Source: Balanoglossus misakiensis (taxonomy: Eukaryota > Animalia > Hemichordata). Taken from it: a stretch of 64,000 bases of DNA. The position numbers and the translations under genes were made by a program. This document shows, in pieces, positions 1 to 10,009 of this stretch (position 1 is the stretch's first letter; each line of letters starts with the position of its first letter). The stretch is from assembly GCA_040954595.2 (NCBI GenBank), contig CM082589.2, forward strand, positions 6,135,186 to 6,199,185, written 5' to 3'. The notes under the pieces are model-generated. The model had not been told where the DNA came from and did no database searches. It saw only the letters and a list, made by a program, of their open reading frames with translations.

Positions 1-122
1 AATATACGAATAAATAGTCCATACTAATTAAATGTTTAATATTCAAAATCTAGAAAAACAAAAATTATTTTACACCCCTCTGCAAAGTAAAATGACTTCC
101 CGTCGACCATAATGCACTTTGA

Positions 123-145
123 GCAGCCATATTGGTTCCTTTCCT
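123..145 (+). promoter_or_regulatory. RPS12 core promoter: YY1-like GCCATATTGG plus TCT/5'-TOP polypyrimidine initiator
   Basis: GCAGCCATATTGG at 123-135, then TTCCTTTCCT at 136-145, ~30 nt before a GTAAGT donor at 173 (non-coding exon 1). Typical of ribosomal protein genes. Confidence 0.7.
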
Positions 146-319
146 GAACTGTGTGTGTTTAGGGTGATCACTGTAAGTAATGGTTCCACAAAATCGGTTT
201 CATCTCCCCTCTATATAAAACCTCGAAGCCAAAAAACAATATCATTTAAAAGAATGACAATCAAAGATTAATTTGTGTGTATTTTTGTTTTTGTTCGTAG
301 CGAGGACGTCCGCTTCAAC

Positions 320-3300
320 ATGTCTGACGCGGAAGGGTAAGTCCACATGATCCCATAGAAAACTGCCAGATGGTTATTGCAATGCATGCACTTCATCGGT
401 ATTTGCCGTCCGGCGTCGTTATTCGTCCAACGATCGAAAACATGAGCAATCGTGATAGGCGTTTCACACCGAATATTTATGTTGAACCCATACGGGGTCG
501 GCGCATCCCTCAAGGCTTTACCTGTATCCGATAGGACGACTGACGCCGAACCAATAAGTCTGTCTGCTCTGATGAAAGTGGCCGAACTTTCGTGGCGCCA
601 TATAAATTCTCATTCAAGAGTCGCTTAGCCAGTAGGAGTGAGTCTTTGAATATCTACTAACCTCCCTGGACCAAACGAAGGTGGCTGAATCTAACTGCTG
701 AGAAAACAGATGACCATTATTTCTGCAGTTGTCAATTTTGTGCAATCTGATCATCTGTGCACGTGTGTACACGTGAAACAGCGCCCCCGTTGGCGAGAAA
801 TTATCAAGGCGATTTTAAACGTGCTACTAGTCTTTTGCGACTTCCGTGTTTCTTTTAGCGATAAATTTCCCCAAATTAATGAGATTGCTATTGTGTGGTA
901 TGTTCTTCAACTTTCCGCGAATTGATGAATGGCAAACTTTGATTCAGACGTAGCAACAAAATGATCACTTGACTTGGTCCCATTAAAGGCATTTCACACC
1001 ACTGTACATACCACTTCGAAAGCCGCAATGGAACTGCTGAGTGCAAGTCAATAAACGCCAAATTTGCAGGTGAAATATTCGGTGAACAGACCATATGGAG
1101 CCAGTCCATTCATTGGATTTTAATCAGATTTAACGCTGAGAGCACCAGTGTGTAAATTGGGCTGGGGTTATGGATGTGTGTTAATCAACAGAGCATCGCA
1201 CGCTGATCTGCATTGCTGATTTGGCAGCCAATTTTCTCGGTGGATGGACACTGTAGTTCTGCTGTGAAGTGCGGCTGACCTCAATGACCAGTCACTAAAG
1301 TGCGTTCTACTGCCTGCTCAGTAGAACAGTGTGTTTCAGTTCAGTACTTCTCTCCTCTGGTTGTTTTGACATACCTTCTCATTGCAAACTGTCTTGATTA
1401 CAGAGATGATACGCCCGTGGCAGCCGCCGGTGGCCCAATGACTATTGAAGAAGCGTTGCAAGAAGTGCTGAAAACTTCCCAGATCAACGGTGGCCTCGCA
1501 CGAGGTCTGCATGAGGCAGCCAAGGCTCTGGACAAGTAAGTTTGGGTCTGGTCAATTTTGCATTGCAGCGTTCTGCATTTTGGCTTGTCAGCTGTGTGTT
1601 GAGCAATACACACATTGCAAAAGTTTTTTTAAATGGTGGGTCTTGTGTCATGTGTATGCAACCCTCAAATGTGGTTTAAATAGTATTTCTTGGATGTGCA
1701 CTTCATTTCCAGACGTCAGGCTCATCTGTGTGTGCTTGCTAACAACTGTGATGAACCTATGTACGTCAAGTTGGTGGAAGCACTCTGTACAGAACACGAC
1801 ATCAATCTACTGAAGGTGAGAGGATACAAATTGTTATTTCCGTATTATCAGATTGCTTGAATAGGCTGGTTGAGAACTGTTTTAGGACGACCAGTAATAA
1901 TAGCTAGCTAAAGATATTCTGATTTGTCTGTCCTTCCCTACAGGTTGACGACAACAAGAAGCTTGGGGAATGGTCCGGTCTGTGTAAGATTGACCGTGAG
2001 GGTAAAGCCAGGAAGGTGGTGGCTTGTAGCTGTGTTGTGGTCAAGGTACGTCCAGTATGAGATGACCACGCATAAAGTTGCAAAAACAGGATTGTATTTA
2101 AGCAGCTATTTTGACATGCAGGCTGTATCAGACACAGCAGCAGTCACAAAAATCTCATCAAATTAGCAGTAAATCCTAGAAATTTGAAAAATGTAAAACA
2201 GATTGCGTTAATATGTTTGAACAGTTGCAATGAGGGCAGAGTACGCAAGATGAGCTGAACTCGACATATTCCACAAGTGTCCCAGATTGGCATTGCAGAC
2301 TTTATCTGCTCTCACATTCTCAGGGCTTGGTTCCTGAGTTGAATGAGAAGCCCCCATCTTGATTGACTTGCCCCGGCTGAGTGATTCTAAAACCATGTGT
2401 AAGCTGCATAAAATTTCTCAGTTGATCCGTCGATTTGAGTGCAAGCCTCCCTTTTTTTGCGGTTCAGGTAGACTTCCTGAGGCCTTTCTTTTTTGGCTCG
2501 CTTCTGTTCGGAATTCAAGCCACTGGAAATCCCTTGGGAGAGCCGGCAGATGCTTCGTCAGCGTAAAAAAACGAGTGCTGGCTCCTGCAGTCTGTGTGTG
2601 GACTCACCCGGGGGATTTCTCTTCTCAAAGAGGGGAATATTAATACGGCATTAGGCAGACATGCTCGTGGTTTTCCCCCTGTCCCCGTTGGGGCTCCGCG
2701 GGCCAGCCCGACTCCTTCCACAGGAAGTCGAGTTTCTGCAATTTGCCGTGTCCAGGAAGTCAAGTTGGTAATTGATGATTGTTCAGAACTCTGCACCACT
2801 GAATGGCAAGTGTGGTTGCATCAAAAATGTGCTGGGTGGTACGGTTGGAAGCGCGACTGTCTCCACCAGCATCCCATCCTGATAGACCATTTTCAGTTGA
2901 AAAATCAATGATATATTGATTAATGTGTAGCCTGAATTTACAACCTGTATATTGCAGGTCTTGACAGAAAAATAGATACGTGTCATCAATCCATATTTCA
3001 TCAATAATCCAATATAGAACTCACAATGTGCTAATGGATGAACTTTTAGCTTATTTTGAAATGCGGTGTATCTTTATTTCATAGGCATTGCTCAACAATG
3101 ACGTATGCAGTATTGACTGCTTCCCAAATACCACCATTGTAATGCGATAGTTCTGTGTTCAATACCATATTAACAGGTTTTGACACCTAGTAAATGTCAT
3201 TAATGGCTGACATTTCAAATTATTGATCACCATGCGATGGAGATGTGTAGTCGCCCCTTACACCTTGTTCAGTTGCAAGATTTATAAATCAGTCTTTGCC

Positions 3301-3534
3301 AAGCCAACTGAACCTCTCTGTATATTGACTGGGGAACTAGTGACAGGTTGTCTTGACAAGAGCTTTTTAAATAGCAGAGTTGGTATTTCCGGTCCATGAG
3401 TGGTTATTTGATTCATAACATATAAATCATTTGTCTAATGCTCTCTCTTTTCTCCCTTCCCACTTCTCCAGGACTTTGGTAAAGAAAGCCAAGCTCTCGA
3501 CGTTATCCATGAGTACTTCAAATCCAAGCGATAA
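320..3534 (+). CDS. RPS12: 40S ribosomal protein S12 (eS12)
   Basis: Coding exons 320-336, 1404-1535, 1713-1815, 1944-2045, 3472-3534, all GT-AG and in frame: MSDAEGDD...ALQEVLKTS...[40 protein letters not shown]...[49 protein letters not shown]. Confidence 0.98.
558..714 (+). ncRNA. Candidate intronic box C/D RNA (RPS12 intron 2)
   Basis: TGATGA 570-575 and CTGA 698-701, closed by GTCTGTCTG (558-566)/CAGATGAC (707-714). Internal hairpins GAAAGT/ACTTTC and ATTCAAGA../..TCTTTGAAT. RP genes commonly host snoRNAs. No guide target recognised. Confidence 0.45.
2767..2888 (+). ncRNA. Candidate intronic box C/D RNA (RPS12 intron 5)
   Basis: TGATGA 2773-2778 and CTGA 2879-2882 with a short GGT/ACC flanking stem. 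Two internal hairpins (TGCACCAC/GTGGTTGCA; TGCTGGGTGG/CCACCAGCA). No target recognised. Confidence 0.4.
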
Positions 3535-4431
3535 GAAGTGAGAAGCAAACATGACCTCAGACGGTGACACTTTCCTTCAGCGGTGAAACAAGAAAAATCG
3601 CATGTGGCATAAGATTTATATACCTGACCAATTTTAAAACTGCAATGTATTACAAACGTTGAAGAATTTGTCACTGTATTAAAATGTCAAAACCTAAGAT
3701 TGATTGCGTGTCCTGTCCAGTTAATTCCTGTTGTATGAGTGTTCCGAGTGAGGTGGACTTGCTTGCGAGAATATCGTGGGATTTGCAACCAACAGTAATG
3801 GCTGAAATGAAACAACGCATTTGCGTTTCGTGATTTCTTTTGGAGTGAAGCAGAAAAAAATGCAAGCAGCTGTTGCAGAGTTTCAACGTGAGTGGGAAGA
3901 GCGCCCTCAAACAGCCTACTAGTAAATGTGTACCAGCATCAAAAATACAGAATAAAAGAAAACTATTGCATTTCTGGCGTTTTTATGTACAACATTAAAT
4001 GGCGAATATGTCGCAACGTAGTACATCACAAACTTCGCCCTTCATAAAAACTTGAGCTTGTGATCACCTCAATCCATAGACAACTTCGCATGCAGTTTTT
4101 GGATGTGGTAAAAAAATGTAATCGCTTTATGTAAAACAGTAATGTTGGATTTTTAAAATACCAAATGATAAATTTCATTCTATTTCACGAATGTGTTTTC
4201 CTCTCCACTATTCGTATATTAAGACTTACATTCCGTTGAGACTTTTTTCTCATAAGTCAGTAAGATTTCCACCGAGAATTTCATAACTATTCGTTCATCA
4301 TGATTACATCGGTGCATAAAATGCTTTGCTCTACCCTAAAATGAAAGATTGTTTAGCAAGACAACTCGATATGCAGGAAGAAAGTTTTTTTTTCCGACAT
4401 GTTCCAACGTCTTAGTTGACCGATCGACGCA

Positions 4432-6988
4432 TTAAAGTTCAATGACGCTGTCATCACTTGCGTCACTCTTGATTTCTTCCAGCGTTTCGTACCCAGAAGC
4501 CACCTGTCCACTTTGCACTTCCGCCGATGGTTCTGCCGTTTGGGGTTCTTGTTGTGCACTTGGAACAAACGACTCGTCGTGAATCATCTGCATCGTCACC
4601 TTCACATCTTCGAAGAACCTTTGCATTTCTCCACCTTCTCCAACATCCGGGACATCTGCTCCTTCAGCTGCCTTTTCGCGAGTAAGTTTGCTCTCTCCGT
4701 TGCTATGGGGACAGCTCGTTACATCTCCCTGGCTGCCGCCATTTCTGCGATAGCTGCCCAAATCTCCATCGTCATACTCGAGCCCGCGACCCTCATCTTC
4801 CGTGACCACACGACTGTCACCATGGAGACCGGCAAAAACGGAATCCTCCTCCCAAAGGTCAATGACACTGCAATGCTCCATCATGCTGGTGGCGTCACTG
4901 GCAGCGGCCACGTGGTCGGAATTATCACCGTTGTCAGGGTGATCTTCAGCTTGGGCCCCACGACAACCACCTGTGGATTCGTAAAGAATATTTTCGACCA
5001 TGTGACTCTGCGGTGTTGTACTCTTTTCGGCGCTGTCACTATTCTTATCGCGACAAGGTTCATTTCCCAGTTCGTCCACTTCTGTTCCTTTTATCGTTTC
5101 ATAAATTCGCTCTGGTCGCCTGTATCCCGACGTCGTCACGGCCTTTTTGCCAGGTGGTTGGGTCGGAGGCTGTTCCTTGTCCGCCGTGATGTCCCATGGG
5201 TATTTGTTAGTCCACATAGCTGCACTCTTAATGGGTTTCGCAGACGGTGCTTTGTCCGACCCTTCGCTTCCCGAGAATTCTTCTTCGGAAGAAAATCTCT
5301 GGTACGAAGGGGGAATCATTTTGTCGAAGGTTTCTGAGATTCGTCGACGTCTATGGTCCAGTGAATTGTTGGGATTCGGATATCGATTTTCATAATCAAG
5401 AGAATTTCCTAAACGGCCATTCTCATAATCCGGATTATATCCAGCCTCGGATTGCAGTGTATTATATCCATTTGAGTTTGAATCGTGTGGATGTTGGCAC
5501 ATTTCATTGCTCGAAAAACTACCTTGTCGAGTCACTGCCAAGCATGAAAGTTCTTCGACATCACCGCTCTCTGGAGGCGACAATAAATTTGAGGTGCGCG
5601 AGGAACTTCCTGGTGCGGTGCAGATGCCACCTGTTGCCGTGGCGACAGATTCTCCGCCGGTAATCTCCAAGACGATCTCCGTTGATTCCTGATCAACGGG
5701 TTCAAAATGGTCACCGTTTCTATCCGGGAAAGTTTGTTCCTTCCGTTCATCGTCTTCGTGGTCGAGTCGTCGAAGTATCTCTTGGTGGATACGGGCATAC
5801 GATTCGTCCACCGGCATGCTGGGAACTGTCCGTATCTCCTCCGCCGACGGTTCTAACAGATCCTCGCAGGAAGTACCTGCACCCTCCCTGTCGTCCGTAA
5901 GTCGTCTCTCGTCCGCGCTGCTATCACTCGAATTCAACTCCCTCGCTTTCACCTCGCCGTATTGCTTTTTCCTCTTTTTCTTCTTTCGTCTGTGCCATCT
6001 GTACGGCCTGCGGTCATCCCGCCCGCTGACCGGAAACTCCGTGTCCGAGTTCCAGCTGTACCCCTTGATCAGTGGCTGTATGTAAATGGTTTCCTCTTTA
6101 TCCATGGCAACGTCAGTGTCCAACTGCTCCCTGGACGGCTGGGAGCTGGGGCACGTGCTCTGACTGACCACACTCTGTCGTTTTCTGTTATCTCGTTCCA
6201 GTGACCGTGTCCTGCGCAGAAAACTCAGCTGGTCGATCGACGCATAGATGTTGGAGCTGAGCGTGGACCGGGGCCTGTCACCACGGCGACCTCCTCCGGT
6301 TTCCCTAGCGACGACGCTGACGCTGCTACCCGACCTACCCGTCCTCGGGTTGAAGATTTTCGTCTCATAAATGTTAGGTTTGGCCTGCTTTTTCTTTCTC
6401 ATCCGAGCTCTCTCTTGCCTGGCTCTACAGAAATAAAAAAACATTTACTATTAGCGATGACGCATAAAATCATGCTTGTTTGGTTTTTGTCAATTTTAAT
6501 TGCGATTTATGTGCGTTTCAAGGATTCTGATATTGAGACAAATCAGACCTCTATGATTCGAAATTTTCAAAATTCAATTCAAGCGATGTATTTTGTCAGA
6601 TAAGGGAAGAAAAAAACTTATGAACAGACCAATAAAACGTACACTTACACGCGTTTCTTCAAGAACCAGCCTAGGTAAAAACAAAACACTATTAAACAGC
6701 ACACGATAATCACTGCCACCACGACCAGCCCTGCAACTGAGAAGATGTATTTGTGAATGTCTATGTAATAAACCGTTTCGAACGATGACATTCAGTCATT
6801 CTGGGCATTGTACTTTTACAATGCATTATACACGCATGTTGACAATGGGACGGTTGGAAGTTTTGTTCACTATGCTTTGGGATAAAAAAAGTTGATATAG
6901 AGAACAAAAAATCTCTAAAATAGCCAACAGTTTCCATTAATATTGCCCTGGTATCTAGCTTACCCCCTCTCCCTCCCAGGAACGACAT
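4432..6988 (-). CDS. Uncharacterised type III single-pass membrane protein (~700 aa) with long disordered Tyr-motif tail
   Basis: Exons 6964-6988 (MSFLGGRG), 6649-6736 (TM VAGLVVVAVIIVCCLIVFCFYLGWFL + KKR) and 4432-6424 (matches the 670-aa ORF). Phases 1 and 2 are consistent. In-frame TGA upstream of the ATG. Probable non-coding exon 1 ends at 10215 (GTAAGT donor). Confidence 0.8.
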
Positions 6989-9900
6989 TTCCTCGTCTTT
7001 TACTCGATTCCAGTTCTCTTGGGAATTTTTTCATTCTTGCGAGCGAGACATTTCTCGATGATAAGCGCCGCCAATGCTGGCTATACCATCAACGTGATCA
7101 ACGCTTGTCAACGCCGGTATCTGAAAAAAAAAACAAAAAAAAAACATAAACTTCTTTGAAGGTTGCCGCACGCAAGAGCAAATAGCTGATCAAATAAAAA
7201 GAACAAAAAACAAGATGCCCCCACTTGATATCAGTCGAAATCCTCAGATGACCCTTTAAGCTTATCAGAAAATCGACTCATAAACGTGATAGCTGCGTCA
7301 GTCGGTCATCAAACGATCTTTACTTTGTCGTCGCATTGTCTGTGCATTATATAGGCCTATATAATGCCTGAATCGACCGGGAGTTATGTCATATGTCATG
7401 TGTTAGTGTGTGATTGATAAATTGTTTTTTATTAACAGTATGTTGTAAATTGTGTAAATTGCGACAGGTATTTATATAACGCGATGCTCGTCACAATAGT
7501 TTGTGTTCACATGACCTGTTATGCATACACAGACTGCACAACTACACGACACATTCCAATAGTCTTTCCCCCTGTTCCGATGTTCTTTTGGGCGTTCCCA
7601 TGTTATTTATTCGCCATGCATCAAATAAAAGCGTATATTCTTGTCATAAGAAGGTATACGTACGTTAATTACAAAAATAAACCGACTCATTATTAACACA
7701 CCCATACATTCTGATTCACATGTGCATAGTCCCGATGAGAAAGGATATTACAAACAATGAAACTAGACGAGAATTATGTTATCTCCGAACTCATGAGAAC
7801 ATGTGTAATCTTAGACATTGGAAACAAAGAATATTCTACCCGACGATTTCCGCATATTTTTGCGCTCAAGATAGTAGTAATATTATCAAATCTTACGGGA
7901 ATCCGGGATGATCACATCGGATATTTTGGTGTCATCAGTTAATACGCCTACACGAAACAGTTTTTCCTTCAAGTAGTAAATATAGATCTGATCCGTCGTC
8001 ATGCCACACTACAGGCGTACGTGCTAAGACGTGTATACGTGAATCCAAAGCTGCGAACAGCTTGAAATGCAAATATAACTTTGCAAGTGTGTCAAACCAC
8101 GGTTTATATTGACAGAACCTTGAAAACCTGAGAACAAACTGCGCCCATTGGTATGTCATTGTCAACTTATGTACCAATCTTGCATGCGCATGTGTACTGG
8201 GCATTGTACTTTTACAATGCATTATACACGCATGTTGACAATGGGACGGTTGGAAGTTTTGTTCACTATGCTTTGGGATAAAAAAAGTTGATATAGAGAA
8301 CAAAAAATCTCTAAAATAGCCAACAGTTTCCATTAATATTGCCCTGGTATCTAGCTTACCCCCTCTCCCTCCCAGGAACGACATTTCCTCGTCTTTTACT
8401 CGATTCCAGTTCTCTTGGGAATTTTTTCATTCTTGCGAGCGAGACATTTCTCGATGATAAGCGCCGCCAATGCTGGCTATACCATCAACGTGATCAACGC
8501 TTGTCAACGCCGGTATCTGAAAAAAAAAACAAAAAAAAAACATAAACTTCTTAGAATACCTGGAATTGACACTCAAGAGTTTGGCACGTGCAGGAAGCAC
8601 TGGAAAATTCACTGCCACTGCGCATGCTTGACAAAGTCGCACCCGATTGGTTGATTCATGCCACTAGCTGCTGTAACAGGTGCACCGGTGACCTAATTAA
8701 TTTAACCCGCTTGTTCACCGAAAGGTCGTGAAATTTAAATATATATTGAAAACGCGCGTACATCGCCAGACAGATTCGCACCTGTTGGTACAAACAACCC
8801 TCTAGAATGCAAATAGACTGAGAGTCAGTTCTGACAAACGCGGACGGCAATCCCTGTTCAGAATTTTTAAATGTCGCCACCATCGTTGGGTATAATCATT
8901 TTAGCATCATGACTTTTCGCGGACAGTGTTGGGGGTTTCAATGACGTCACCAAAAAACTTTGTGAACTGAAGGTTGCCGCACGCAAGAGCAAATAGCTGA
9001 TCAAATAAAAAGAACAAAAAACAAGATGCCCCCACTTGATATCAGTCGAAATCCTCAGATGACCCTTTAAGCTTATCAGAAAATCGACTCATAAACGTGA
9101 TAGCTGCGTCAGTCGGTCATCAAACGATCTTTACTTTGTCGTCGCATTGTCTGTGCATTATATAGGCCTATATAATGCCTGAATCGACCGGGAGTTATGT
9201 CATATGTCATGTGTTAGTGTGTGATTGATAAATTGTTTTTTATTAACAGTATGTTGTAAATTGTGTAAATTGCGACAGGTATTTATATAACGCGATGCTC
9301 GTCACAATAGTTTGTGTTCACATGACCTGTTATGCATACACAGACTGCACAACTACACGACACATTCCAATAGTCTTTCCCTCTGTTTTGATGTTCTTTT
9401 GGGCGTTCCCATGTTATTTATTCGCCATGCATCAAATAAAAGCGTATATTCTTGTCATAAGAAGGTATACGTACGTTAATTACAAAAATAAACCGACTCA
9501 TTATTAACACACCCATACATTCTGATTCACATGTGCATAGTCCCGATGAGAAAGGATATTACAAACAATGAAACTAGACGAGAATTATGTTATCTCCGAA
9601 CTCATGAGAACATGTGTAATCTTAGACATTGGAAACAAAGAATATTCTACCCGACGATTTCCGCATATTTTTGCGCTCAAGATAGTAGTAATATTATCAA
9701 ATCTTACGGGAATCCGGGATGATCACATCGGATATTTTGGTGTCATCAGTTAATACGCCTACACGAAACAGTTTTTCCTTCAAGTAGTAAATATAGATCT
9801 GATCCGTCGTCATGCCACACTACAGGCGTACGTGCTAAGACGTGTATACGTGAATCCAAAGCTGCGAACAGCTTGAAATGCAAATATAACTTTGCAAGTG

Positions 9901-10009
9901 TGTCAAACCACGGTTTATATTGACAGAACCTTGAAAACCTGAGAACAAACTGCGCCCATTGGTATGTCATTGTCAACTTATGTACCAATCTTGCATGCGC
10001 ATGTGTACT
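6801..10009. repeat. Near-identical tandem duplication of a ~1.4-kb unit
   Basis: 6801-7156 = 8197-8552 and 7157-8198 = 8968-10009. Copy 2 has 415 extra bp (8553-8967). Only a few substitutions (CCCCTGTTCCG vs CCTCTGTTTTG). The ORF track shows the same duplicates. Confidence 0.97.

Noticed and set aside
569-600. Hammerhead ribozyme core CTGATGA + hairpin
   Set aside because: No GAAA after stem II and no stem I/III arrangement.
1172-1225. 7SK-like GGATGTG...GCTGATCTG
   Set aside because: No complementary CATCC, 3' hairpin or Pol III terminator.
2266-2396. U17/snR30 m1-like ATATTCCA and m2 AAACCAT
   Set aside because: About 115 nt apart and apparently in separate hairpin loops, with no ACA 7 nt after m2. 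Still worth including in an Infernal check.
2500-2700. RNase P/MRP-like motifs (AATTCAAGCCACT; GGAAATCCC..GGGGCT)
   Set aside because: CR-I/CR-V order and P4 pairing cannot be completed.
2340-2765. Telomerase RNA (U-rich/A-rich pseudoknot-like tracts; GTTGGGGCTC resembling P6.1)
   Set aside because: No CTAACCCT-type template seen on either strand, and no properly placed terminal H/ACA domain.
4513-5337. 274-aa plus-strand ORF and other antisense ORFs over coding exons
   Set aside because: Shadows of real minus-strand exons, with no splice or domain support.
8553-8967. 415-bp insert as a transposon
   Set aside because: No TSD or TIR visible. Equally explained by a deletion in copy 1.
7484-9988. 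Duplicated 60-150 aa ORFs in the tandem repeat
   Set aside because: AT-rich intronic sequence with no domains. They recur only because of the duplication.
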